A stretch of 64,000 nucleotides of DNA, from the NCBI GenBank assembly GCA_947085465.1, contig CAMTWQ010000011.1, positions 18,703 through 82,702 on the forward strand. Direction: 5' to 3'. The position numbers were made by a program, and so were the translations under genes. The stretch comes from an uncultured Alphaproteobacteria bacterium (GTDB lineage: Bacteria > Pseudomonadota > Alphaproteobacteria > UBA11222). Below the pieces are notes generated by a model that was not told where the DNA came from, ran no database searches, and saw nothing but the letters and a program-made list of their open reading frames with translations. Positions 48,764 through 57,743 of the stretch are shown here, one piece after another. Position 1 is the stretch's first letter; each line of letters starts with the position of its first letter.

Positions 48764-49733
48764 TCGTGGCGCCGGATGCCTTTTTCGCTGCCGCTGCCTG
48801 CAGGGCCCCGGCGAACACCTTATCGACGCGATCCCATTCAAAATCCGCGAGCAATTTACGAAACCGCTGCTGGGTGCGGCTTAAATTCAAATAGTGCCGG
48901 AACCGGCTCTTGAACACCGCCTCTTGAATGCGCGGCTGTCCGGGATCGACCTCCCATGGGTGAAGATAAAAGATGCTCGCCAGATTGTCCGTTTCATTTA
49001 CCGCCCGCAGCCCCATGCGAAACAGGGAATAAGGCAACAAGCGGAAAAATCCTCCGCCGCCAAACGGAAAATTGCGGCCTAAGTAACGGACGCCGGTTAT
49101 GGGAAATTCAATTATCCTGTCATCAGTACACGGATAGAATGGCTGGCGCGGCGCGCCGGGCAAGCCATACAAATCATGCCGCACCGGATTAATGCTGGAC
49201 GAATATGCATAACCTTCGTCCGCAAGGATATCGAACGCCCACAGATTGCGCAAACCGATGGAGAAGGTGGCCGCGCGATAACCGGAAACTTTTACTCCGC
49301 CCACGTCTTCGAGTATCGCCTTGGATTCAGCGGTGTCCCGGCGGAACTCCTCTGGCGATTGCAGGTCGGCTCGAAAATGCGCCATGCCATGGCTTGCCAG
49401 CTCGTGTCCTTCATTAACGATGCGGCGGATCAATTGCTTGCTGCGCTGGGCCGCCCAGCCCAGCGTAAAAAAAGTCGCCTTCACATCCGCCGCCGCCAGC
49501 AAATCAAGTATCAGGCCAGTATTGGCCTCAAAGCGCCGCTCAAAGCCATCCCAATCCTGCCGGCGGACATGACCAGCAAATGCCTGGACTTGAAAATAAT
49601 CCTCCACATCAATCGACATCGCATTACATATGCGGCCATGCACGCGGGTGGGTGGGGAATGCGCCGCCCTGAAAACCGGCGCCGGCATCGTTGCAGTTCG
49701 CCCTGTTGGCGCGTTCTGTGAGCGCTCCGCCAT
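48756..49733 (-). CDS. Polysaccharide deacetylase (NodB-type), PEP-CTERM-locus subfamily
   Basis: NAMSIDVEDYFQV, ATFFTLGW and GHELASHG are NodB motifs. The start is coupled to the upstream stop codon. Confidence 0.85.
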   Translation of the reverse strand: MAERSQNAPTGRTATMPAPVFRAAHSPPTRVHGRICNAMSIDVEDYFQVQAFAGHVRRQDWDGFERRFEANTGLILDLLAAADVKATFFTLGWAAQRSKQLIRRIVNEGHELASHGMAHFRADLQSPEEFRRDTAESKAILEDVGGVKVSGYRAATFSIGLRNLWAFDILADEGYAYSSSINPVRHDLYGLPGAPRQPFYPCTDDRIIEFPITGVRYLGRNFPFGGGGFFRLLPYSLFRMGLRAVNETDNLASIFYLHPWEVDPGQPRIQEAVFKSRFRHYLNLSRTQQRFRKLLADFEWDRVDKVFAGALQAAAAKKASGATND

Positions 49734-49735
49734 GA

Positions 49736-50770
49736 TCAGTCCCGGCCGCCGGTTCTGCCAAGCGTGAACGATATCATTTTTATCAGCTTGTCAGACAACT
49801 CCATCCGGCGCTCCAGGGCTTCCAGGCGGTGGTCAATTTTTTGCAGAAGCTCATTTGAAATCTCCATCGCCTTCGGCGCAATTACCGCCGCAGCAGCAGG
49901 CAGGACGACCCGCGCAGCCAAAGCGCCATTGGCGGCGGGAGCAGAAACAACATCAAGCCGCTCAGCCTCCAGATCCTGGCCGACCTGGCGCACATCCACC
50001 GCATCGATGTGGTGCCTCTCTTCGAGAAACCCGTACAGAAAAATGCGCGAACAAAGGGTGTTTATGCGGCGCGGCACACCCGCGCTGAAATGGTAAATTT
50101 CATTGAATGCGTCGTCGGTGATTGTTGGATCGTTTTTCCAGCCGACGGCGCGCAGGCGGTGGGTTACATATTCTCTTGTCTCCGTCGCATTGATGGGGCC
50201 AAGGTGATACGATGCGAGAATACGCTGGCGCAACTGATCGAATTGTGGCATGCCCAAGGTCGCCCGGAATTCTGGCTGGCCGACCATGATAATTTGCAGC
50301 ACTGCGGCGTGGCCGTGCTGAAAATTGGCGAACATGCGCAACTCCTCCAGCGCCGACACGGATAGATTTTGCGCTTCATCGGCAATCAGCACTGATCGCG
50401 CGCCCCGCTTATAGGTTTGAATCAGAGACATTTCGATATTGCGCAGAATTGTCGCCTTATCCATCTCCGTTGTATCAATGCCAAACGCCTGCGCCGTCAT
50501 GCGCACAATGTCGTCGCCTTCCAGTTTTGAGCTGGTGACGTTCGCAGCGATAAAATCGTCGGCGTTCTCATGCTGAGCGAGAAGATGGCGGATGAGCGTT
50601 GTTTTGCCCGAGCCAACTTCACCAGTGATAACAATAAACCCTTCACCCTGGCTAAGTCCAAATTCCAGATGCCCCATCGCTCGCTTGTGCACATCGCTGC
50701 CGAAAAAAAAGCGGTGATCGGGCGTTAACTGGAATGGCAGGGCGGAGAGGTTATAGAATTCCTCGTACAT
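49736..50770 (-). CDS. ExeA-like AAA ATPase of PEP-CTERM/XrtA loci
   Basis: MYEEFYNLSALPFQLTPD is the ExeA-type N-terminus and the Walker A motif is GEVGSGKTTL. The ORF track extends to 50821. Confidence 0.85.
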   Translation of the reverse strand: MYEEFYNLSALPFQLTPDHRFFFGSDVHKRAMGHLEFGLSQGEGFIVITGEVGSGKTTLIRHLLAQHENADDFIAANVTSSKLEGDDIVRMTAQAFGIDTTEMDKATILRNIEMSLIQTYKRGARSVLIADEAQNLSVSALEELRMFANFQHGHAAVLQIIMVGQPEFRATLGMPQFDQLRQRILASYHLGPINATETREYVTHRLRAVGWKNDPTITDDAFNEIYHFSAGVPRRINTLCSRIFLYGFLEERHHIDAVDVRQVGQDLEAERLDVVSAPAANGALAARVVLPAAAAVIAPKAMEISNELLQKIDHRLEALERRMELSDKLIKMISFTLGRTGGRD

Positions 50771-50850
50771 GGCGTTATCCAAGCCGGGCGTGATCAGTGT
50801 GGAGCGGCGCGGTCGCACCAAAATGATAGCGGTGCCGATGCATCATCAAT

Positions 50851-52560
50851 CTAGAAATTACCTATAATTCCAATCGTCACGGTATCCTCGGACAGGTCAT
50901 CGCTCGTGTCAGCGCCTGATATGCGCAGGAGCCGGGCATATTCAAGGCTGGTGGTGAACATTTTGCTAAGCACATAACTTAACTGGGCAGAGCTTTCATA
51001 TGTCGTGTCTCCCCCCGCCGGAATGCGGCTTTGCAGAATGTCCGTATATCCCAGGACAATGCTGCCTGACAGATTACGCTGCATTTGCCGCCGGTAATTC
51101 AGGTTAACGCCCACCTGATTCTCCTTCACACTCCCGGTCTTAAAATCCCGCGAGGTATAATCAGCGCCAAAATTAAAGCTATTCCTGCCCCTCGCGCCCG
51201 CAATCCCGAAGCGCGCCAGATCTTGCTGAAAACTAGAATTGTCCAGGCTAAAGTCGCTGCTATTTGGATCCTCCGGGATGCTGGTTATTGGATCTACCAA
51301 TTCACCCGTAAAGGGGTCGGCCACCAGCCCGCGCAGCCGGCCTTGCCGTCCCTGCTGCTGGGTTTCCAGCGACTGGCTGAAAGTGGCCGACATCAATATT
51401 GTGGGCGTCATCTGATAACTCGCATCGAGAGATAAATTGCTCCCCTGATAGCGGCGGCCCTTTTCAATGCGCACATCAAGCTTCGGCCCAGGTTTGAGGT
51501 GCACGCCCCCCGCCCAGGTAGCCCCCGACGAATCCACGCCGGGATTAGGGTCGCCAATGTCCTCATACCCGCCACGCGCGATCAGCGCCAAGTGCCGGTT
51601 GATTTGATATTCATTGACAAGCTCCGCCCGATCCTCGGTGAAATTACTGCGGCCCGCGTTTTGGGTCGTGGATGTGGAAGCTTCAAACGTCGAATCAAGC
51701 CGTCCGAAGCGTGGTCCGGTGCCCAGCTCAAACGTAATATCTTCTGATTTGCTGTCGCCCGTTGACCCGGCCGCTACGCCAACCGGCGCAACCACACCCG
51801 CGCCTGCGCTTGGTTGCGAAACAAGCGTTTCGCTATAGCTGTAGCCCAGGCTGACATTGGCAATACGTCCTAACTGGTGCACAATACGCGGATCGACGCT
51901 ATAGGTCATCAGACGGCGCTTATTCGATGGCAAATTACGGTTAGCCGCTGAAACCGGGCCGTTGCGCGAAGCTGTAACTTCGCTAAGGCTTACAAACCCA
52001 TCGACAAACAGATGATCCTGCAGCAACTCCACATCACCAGTGCCAAGCATGGTTGGCCGGAGCCCGTCCAGCCCCTTTGTATCAAGATGCGTTTCCTGTG
52101 AGGCGTTAATATCCAAATTTAGATTAAGACGATTCCCGTCAGCGGTAATGCTGCCGCCTGCGCTTGTTTCGTTAATCCAGTCTGCTTCGCTGCCGCCGCC
52201 CACGCCGCGCACATTATCGGTATAAGTTCCTGTGGTTTCGACGCGGGGTTGAAGGTGGAGGGTAGCGGAGTTGCCCGGCGCGCTTGGCAAAAAAACCAGC
52301 AGCGTCAGAGCGCCGGCAGCTACGCCGCGGGCATTTAACAGCCTGCCCCAGCCAGGATGAGGCCAGAACGAAATATAGGCGTCATCTGGATACTTCACTG
52401 AACATTGCCCAAAACCATGGCCCCCCACTCCAGGCATCCCCAAATCAAGCTTTGAAAACCCGCCCGCTAATCCTCTTGTGACCGGAACCGCCAACAAAAT
52501 CAAGATATGCTTAACACCATCATGGACGGGTGATCTGTTCTTCTTTGCTATAGTAGCCAT
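50851..52560 (-). CDS. Putative outer-membrane beta-barrel protein of PEP-CTERM loci
   Basis: The sequence shows beta-strand-like alternation throughout and ends in an aromatic residue (...TIGIIGNF), as in outer-membrane proteins. The start is uncertain: the only signal-peptide-like segment (AAGALTLLVFLPSAPGNSA) lies about 75 codons into the ORF and has no nearby ATG. Confidence 0.65.
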   Translation of the reverse strand: MATIAKKNRSPVHDGVKHILILLAVPVTRGLAGGFSKLDLGMPGVGGHGFGQCSVKYPDDAYISFWPHPGWGRLLNARGVAAGALTLLVFLPSAPGNSATLHLQPRVETTGTYTDNVRGVGGGSEADWINETSAGGSITADGNRLNLNLDINASQETHLDTKGLDGLRPTMLGTGDVELLQDHLFVDGFVSLSEVTASRNGPVSAANRNLPSNKRRLMTYSVDPRIVHQLGRIANVSLGYSYSETLVSQPSAGAGVVAPVGVAAGSTGDSKSEDITFELGTGPRFGRLDSTFEASTSTTQNAGRSNFTEDRAELVNEYQINRHLALIARGGYEDIGDPNPGVDSSGATWAGGVHLKPGPKLDVRIEKGRRYQGSNLSLDASYQMTPTILMSATFSQSLETQQQGRQGRLRGLVADPFTGELVDPITSIPEDPNSSDFSLDNSSFQQDLARFGIAGARGRNSFNFGADYTSRDFKTGSVKENQVGVNLNYRRQMQRNLSGSIVLGYTDILQSRIPAGGDTTYESSAQLSYVLSKMFTTSLEYARLLRISGADTSDDLSEDTVTIGIIGNF

Positions 52561-53533
52561 AGTATCCGAAACTGTCGGTTTCCTTATATTGGCACTTATT
52601 CAGGAGCAAGCTCACATTCTTGCATCCGCTGACCAATGCGATTGTTTCCTCGACGGCCTGGCGCTGCGTCACTTCTGCCTCGACCACCACGACCACCTGC
52701 CCCACATGCAGTGCAAGCACGCTGGCAACGCTGCTCGCCAATGCCGGCACCGTGTCAAAAACGATAACGCGATCCGTATACCGGCGCGCAAGATCTTCAA
52801 CAACATCCACCATCCGCTGGCTTGCCAGCATCTCGGTCTCTGTGGAATGGCGCTGACCGCATGGAATAATCGAGAAGTTCGGGATATTGGTGCGCAATAT
52901 CACATCGGAAATCGACATGCTTTCATCGGCAAGCACATCGAGCAGCCCTTTCTCAACCTTGAGGCCAAGCCGCGCCTCCAAATCCCTGTTATGGCTATCT
53001 GTGTCGATAAGCAGCACGTTAAGGTCAGGCTCGGTCGCTATGCTCATGCTAAGATTGATCGCCGTGAAAGTTTTACCCTCACCCGGCCGTGCGCTAGTCA
53101 CCATCATCACATGCGCGTTACCCTCCCGCGCGCCCTCGCGTGGGAAAGCTTTTATCAGCAAGGGGCGTTTGATTACCCGGAATTCCTCGGCAATCTGATT
53201 GTTCACACCATTCGGGACGACATAGCCCTCGCTATACAGTTTACGCTGATCAATATTCACGAATTGCGGATCGTTAGGATCGGCGGGCGGCACCACATAC
53301 CGCTTTGGCTTGGCCGGCGCCTGGCCTGCGCGGGCTACGGGCCGGACAGCGGGGACAGGCTCCACCGCTAGCGGCTTTTCAACGCCCGCCGCACTGGCTG
53401 ATGATTGGGGTTGCGGTTGTGACGGCAGCGGAGGATTTACAATAAGGCCAGGTGATTCAATAGCACCGCCGCTCTTGCGAAGCCGTTCGGCCACGCGCTG
53501 CGCTAAATCAAGCCGCTTTTCATTGTCAGCCAT
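52520..53533 (-). CDS. Exopolysaccharide tyrosine autokinase (BY-kinase catalytic protein, EpsG-like)
   Basis: Walker A is SARPGEGKTFTA, Walker A' is VLLIDTD and Walker B is VIVFDT. The C-terminal tail is Tyr-rich (FGYYGYYSKE). The start at 53533 has a GGAGG RBS. Confidence 0.82.
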   Translation of the reverse strand: MADNEKRLDLAQRVAERLRKSGGAIESPGLIVNPPLPSQPQPQSSASAAGVEKPLAVEPVPAVRPVARAGQAPAKPKRYVVPPADPNDPQFVNIDQRKLYSEGYVVPNGVNNQIAEEFRVIKRPLLIKAFPREGAREGNAHVMMVTSARPGEGKTFTAINLSMSIATEPDLNVLLIDTDSHNRDLEARLGLKVEKGLLDVLADESMSISDVILRTNIPNFSIIPCGQRHSTETEMLASQRMVDVVEDLARRYTDRVIVFDTVPALASSVASVLALHVGQVVVVVEAEVTQRQAVEETIALVSGCKNVSLLLNKCQYKETDSFGYYGYYSKEEQITRP

Positions 53534-53534
53534 A

Positions 53535-55118
53535 TTAGATATTCCCTCCAAACAGAGAGCTTAGGCCCTGGCTGTCCAGCCTGTTGAGTAATGTCACCAG
53601 ATAGGGGCCAATCATGCTGACAACTACATAGGACGCGGCAAGACTTCCCGTTACAAAGCCAAACTTCCAATTCTCTTTTCTTTGGCGCAGTTCGTCCACC
53701 GCCGAATAGACTTGTGATATCCGGCCAAGAACAGGAAGGCCAAATACCCCAAGCTGAGAACTTGAAACAAAACTGTCATGTAATGTTGAACGCAAGAAAG
53801 CAAGGCCAGCCCCGCCAGCCAAGCTGACCAAAAGCACCACAACGTATAAAATTGGACGATTTGGCGTGGCTGCCACAATCGGCAACACCGGCGGATCGAT
53901 GACGCGATACTGAACGGTGCTTGTTTCCGCTTCTTGCGCCTGAGAGATACGCGCCGATTCACGCCGGCTAAGCAGCACTTCGTAATTAGTTTTCAGCACA
54001 GTATAATCGCGATCAAGATCACTAAGCTCCGCTTCAAAACGCGGCGACTCCGTCATCAGTTTCCGGTTTTCGTCTTCAACAGCTTGGGCATTGGCGACTT
54101 TCCGCTGCAAGCTTGCAATATTGGTTTCGGCCTGGACAAGCATGATTTTCACGTTTTCATACAATGGATTAGGCCGGGCCAGACCGCCACCCTGTTCCGG
54201 GCCCGCCTCGGCTTTCTGTTTCTTAAGATTGGCAAGCAGTCGTTGCGCCGCGATAACATCCGGATGCTTGTCTGTGTAATGCAGCAGCATTGAATCGAGT
54301 GAGCGTTCAACATCCGCGATCCGGCCGCCAAGTGAGTTGCCCGCGCCCGTTTGCCCCGCAAGAATTTGCAATGCGTCATCCGACTCCACTCGTGCCGGGA
54401 TGGTGCCAAGCTGGCGCGACATTTCATCACGGCGTGTGATGGCGTCCTGCAATTCAAGCGTAGCCTTGCGCCGCTCCAAAACCCCCTCCGCAACTTTCTT
54501 GGAGAAACTGCCTTCATTCGACAAAAACTGGCTATTCTTAGACATAAACGCGGCGCGCCGCGCCTCGGCCGCCTGCAATTGCCGCTCATAATCCGCTATC
54601 TGTTTTTCAATAAAACCACGCGCCGTTTCCATCTCCGTGCGCGAGCGGCCAAGATTATTTTCAACAAATATCGTTAGCAGCGACTGCACGATAGACTGCG
54701 CCATTTTCGGGCGCGGGTCCGAATAACTGATAGTGAATAAATTTTGGGCTGTTGTAGCAACGACAATATCATCGGTCAGCCTGTTGATCAGCTCCTCTAC
54801 TTCCTTCGGGCCGTCGACCGATAGATCGAGGTCGTTCATTCGCATAACCTGCTCAATATTAGGGCGGCTGAGCAACGTGCGCTGCATAATCACAACTTTA
54901 TCTTCAAGCGCACTATCAACAGAAATACCCTGAAGCAGCGGCGCCAGCAGGCTGCTGGTGTCGACGTAAATCCGCGCCTGGGATTCATATTTATCCGGCA
55001 GCATCAAAACGAAGATCCAGCCGAGGGCGCAAAACACCCATGCGGCGATAACCGCCAACCAGCGATTCCGCCACATGCTTTTGGCGCTATTCAGTAGTTC
55101 CAGATAAAGTTCGCCCAT
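53535..55118 (-). CDS. Polysaccharide chain-length determinant (Wzz/GNVR, EpsF-like)
   Basis: 527 aa. It has an N-terminal TM segment, a long coiled-coil periplasmic region, and a C-terminal TM segment preceded by a P-rich motif (DPPVLPIVAATPNRP). Confidence 0.85.
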   Translation of the reverse strand: MGELYLELLNSAKSMWRNRWLAVIAAWVFCALGWIFVLMLPDKYESQARIYVDTSSLLAPLLQGISVDSALEDKVVIMQRTLLSRPNIEQVMRMNDLDLSVDGPKEVEELINRLTDDIVVATTAQNLFTISYSDPRPKMAQSIVQSLLTIFVENNLGRSRTEMETARGFIEKQIADYERQLQAAEARRAAFMSKNSQFLSNEGSFSKKVAEGVLERRKATLELQDAITRRDEMSRQLGTIPARVESDDALQILAGQTGAGNSLGGRIADVERSLDSMLLHYTDKHPDVIAAQRLLANLKKQKAEAGPEQGGGLARPNPLYENVKIMLVQAETNIASLQRKVANAQAVEDENRKLMTESPRFEAELSDLDRDYTVLKTNYEVLLSRRESARISQAQEAETSTVQYRVIDPPVLPIVAATPNRPILYVVVLLVSLAGGAGLAFLRSTLHDSFVSSSQLGVFGLPVLGRISQVYSAVDELRQRKENWKFGFVTGSLAASYVVVSMIGPYLVTLLNRLDSQGLSSLFGGNI

Positions 55119-55241
55119 GGATACCTTCGATACTATTGCCAGTGTTAACGGGTGTTACTGCGCCGCCGCCAGCCGGTGATGTTCGCCTAGCGCCGCTAAC
55201 CGGCGCAGGCAAAGCGGCTTGCGCTAGCCTCCGCCCGCCTG

Positions 55242-55862
55242 TTAGAACCAGCTCTGCGGAACAATTAGAATATCGCCCGGCATTACTGGCACATTCGCAC
55301 TTACGTCCCCCTCACGGATCAAATCATCAAGACGCACCCGGTAGGAGCCCTGGCCCTGGCGCACGAGGACCGCGCGGTTACCGGCGGCAAACTCGGTCAG
55401 CCCTCCAACCGCAATCATGACATCAAGCGCCGTCATGTGCTCGCTATAGGCAATCGCCTGCGGATTGGCTGCCTCGCCAACCACGCGTATCTGCTGATCA
55501 AACGGGCCGACAAAATCATTCATGATCACCGAGACAACCGGGCTTTGGACAAACTGCTCCAGCTGCTTTTCGATGATGCGCGCCAATTGAGTTGGCGTAT
55601 TTCCTGCCGCCTGCAGATCCTCGATCAACGGCACGGTGACGCGCCCATCGGGGCGGACTGTCACGCCTGTGGTAAGCTCTGGATTCCGCCAGACAAATAT
55701 CTGCAAAGAATCGCGTGGCCCTATGATGTAGTCAGGCGACTTGCTGGCGTCTAGTCCAGTTGCGCTCGAAACCTCAGGCAACCCTGAGCAGGCCCCCATC
55801 ATACCGGCGACAGCCACGCATAGAATTGCGAAACCCCAGTGACCTTTTTTCCCCTGTAACAA
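55242..55862 (-). CDS. Polysaccharide export lipoprotein (Wza/Poly_export, EpsE-like)
   Basis: A lipobox is present (VAGMMGAC), followed by the Poly_export motif PDYIIGPRDSLQIFVW and an SLBB-like C-terminus. Confidence 0.85.
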   Translation of the reverse strand: MLQGKKGHWGFAILCVAVAGMMGACSGLPEVSSATGLDASKSPDYIIGPRDSLQIFVWRNPELTTGVTVRPDGRVTVPLIEDLQAAGNTPTQLARIIEKQLEQFVQSPVVSVIMNDFVGPFDQQIRVVGEAANPQAIAYSEHMTALDVMIAVGGLTEFAAGNRAVLVRQGQGSYRVRLDDLIREGDVSANVPVMPGDILIVPQSWF

Positions 55863-56208
55863 AACATTTCTCCCTTGACCAGTGGTTTACGCCAGTTTGT
55901 CCGACCGGCGGTTGGACAATAGCGCGCTAGCAATTTCCCCGTCCGCGCACCTATCCACGCATGCGCCAATGTTAACGGCATTTCCTCCTAACGTGAAGCA
56001 GCTTTATCAAAAAAGTGCAAGCCAAACCAGAGGATAAGGCGGATTTACCAGGTAGTTTATAATTCAATTATATAAATATTGGTTAATACAGCAGGTAAGC
56101 TCAAATATACCCAATCTGTCACTTGTCTCATCTAAAGCGTATATTCACTGACACTTACGGCAGCGTTCCTGTGTTGCAAATGCATTCTGTCACTAATTTA
56201 ACGAATAA

Positions 56209-56835
56209 TTAATTTTTTTTGCCGCACAGAAACAAACAGGCCCTTGGGCCGCCGGATTTTGGCTCGCCGTTCTTGATCGCCTCTTGCTTGCGCTCTTCGG
56301 TCCAAAATGGGTCCGGCGCTGGCGGCGGCCCCCGGTCCACCCGGGTGACAATGGCGCTAAACGCGTCTTCTGGGTTTTGCGTGGGCCGCGGCGGAACACC
56401 GCCCCCGCTGGGGTTGGCGGTGGCAGGTGGCGGTTTAGCGGCGGGCGCCGCTCTTTCCCGGACCGCCAGAGTGGCCTTTTCCGGCTTGAAGCCAGTTGAT
56501 TTTTCTTCTGGTTTTCTAATGGCTTGTGACGTGTTCGCAGGCGTTTTGACGGCAGCCGCGCCGAGTTTTATCTGACCGGCCTTGAGCTTATCTATCGTTG
56601 CCAACTCCGTGCTGATTTGCTGGCGTGTGATCGTCTCAAGTTCTTCCCAGCGTTCAAATATCAGGCGGGCAACAGCTTGCTCACCCAAAGCAGCCGCCGC
56701 ATCCCCGGAAAATGTGCTGGTGATATGCTCGCCCAGCCCGGCGCGTAGCTGATCGCCCTTCACACCGGGCAAAAACGCGAACGCCAGACCGCCGCTGGTC
56801 AAAATAAATATAAATAATTTCAATATCTTACCCAT
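56209..56835 (-). CDS. Secreted or membrane-anchored protein of unknown function (Pro/Ala-rich)
   Basis: 208 aa from the ATG at 56835 (GGGAGGAG RBS). It has an N-terminal hydrophobic segment ILKLFIFILTSGGLAFAFL, a helical middle, a P/A-rich low-complexity region, and a C-terminal CLFLCGKKN. I recognise no family. Confidence 0.5.
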   Translation of the reverse strand: MGKILKLFIFILTSGGLAFAFLPGVKGDQLRAGLGEHITSTFSGDAAAALGEQAVARLIFERWEELETITRQQISTELATIDKLKAGQIKLGAAAVKTPANTSQAIRKPEEKSTGFKPEKATLAVRERAAPAAKPPPATANPSGGGVPPRPTQNPEDAFSAIVTRVDRGPPPAPDPFWTEERKQEAIKNGEPKSGGPRACLFLCGKKN

Positions 56836-56913
56836 GCAGAGCGGCTCCTCCCGCATGATCGTGGGCGTGATCGTGTACGGCAAATATATGCGCTTTCACT
56901 GAATAAAGCAGCC

Positions 56914-57360
56914 CTAACTTACCCAATCGGCAAGATGATCGAACAAATCATCTTCCGCCACATCGGTTTCCGGGATCGTGCGCAGGATCGCGGATTCGCC
57001 CACCCAATGCACCGCATTCCTGTCCCCGCACACCAGATAATGCCAAGCGGGCAGATTCTCGCCATCGGCGCGCAGCCGGTATGCACAGGTGGAAGGCATC
57101 CATTCCTTGACTTCGTTGATGTTTTCCGGCGTCAAGGTCACACAGTCCGAAACCCGTTTCTGGCGGTTTTGATAGTCGGTGCAGCGGCACCGGCCCGCAT
57201 CGAACAACGCGCACGCCACATCGGTATAATGGACTTTTCCGGTATCCACGTCCTCCAGCTTGACCAGGCAGCACTTGCCGCAACCATCGCATAGCGCTTC
57301 CCACTCGCTGCTGGAAAGCTCTTGTAAGCTCTTTGTTCGCCAAAACGCGTCATTGGTCAT
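56914..57360 (-). CDS. ycgN: YcgN/UPF0260 cysteine-cluster protein
   Basis: WEALCDGCGKCCLVKLED...YTDVACALFD...CRCTDYQNR matches the family pattern. The start is taken at MTNDAFW. Confidence 0.8.
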   Translation of the reverse strand: MTNDAFWRTKSLQELSSSEWEALCDGCGKCCLVKLEDVDTGKVHYTDVACALFDAGRCRCTDYQNRQKRVSDCVTLTPENINEVKEWMPSTCAYRLRADGENLPAWHYLVCGDRNAVHWVGESAILRTIPETDVAEDDLFDHLADWVS

Positions 57361-57456
57361 ACAATGCTTGTAGGCGCTAACGTAGGAATAAGTCGATGCC
57401 CCAATACAGGCTGGCGCCTGGCTGCACGTCATCGGTTGGCGCGGGCGGCGCGTGAG

Positions 57457-57720
57457 CTAAAGCTTGGCGGCCTTGCGCAGCGCCGCATTGATGCGCGTCT
57501 GCCAGCCGGGGCCGGTGGCGCGGAAAAACGCCAGCACATCGGGGTCAAGGCGCAGACTGATCGCGCCTTTGGGCGCATCTGACATAGGCCGCCCAGGACG
57601 GATGAGCTTGTTGCCTTCCCATATCTCGGCGCTATCGAACCATTCTTGAGTCAGTTCGGGCGCGTCATCGGGATCGACCCATTCGCTTTTGGTAACCGGC
57701 TTCTTCCTGCCCATGTCCAT
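57457..57720 (-). CDS. BrnA-like antitoxin (DUF4415/COG3514), with no adjacent BrnT
   Basis: 87 aa. The C-terminus ISLRLDPDVLAFFRATGPGWQTRINAALRKAAKL is the typical BrnA RHH-like tail. Confidence 0.75.
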   Translation of the reverse strand: MDMGRKKPVTKSEWVDPDDAPELTQEWFDSAEIWEGNKLIRPGRPMSDAPKGAISLRLDPDVLAFFRATGPGWQTRINAALRKAAKL

Positions 57721-57743
57721 TCCTCATTGAAATAAAGCCGCAT

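Noticed and set aside
55186-55228. An imperfect hairpin (cctagcgc...gcgctagc) in the 123-bp gap between the chain-length-determinant and Wza-like genes.
   Set aside because: The stem is short and interrupted, there is no U-tract, and it lies inside an operon. It could be an mRNA-processing or stability element, but the evidence is too weak to report as a feature.
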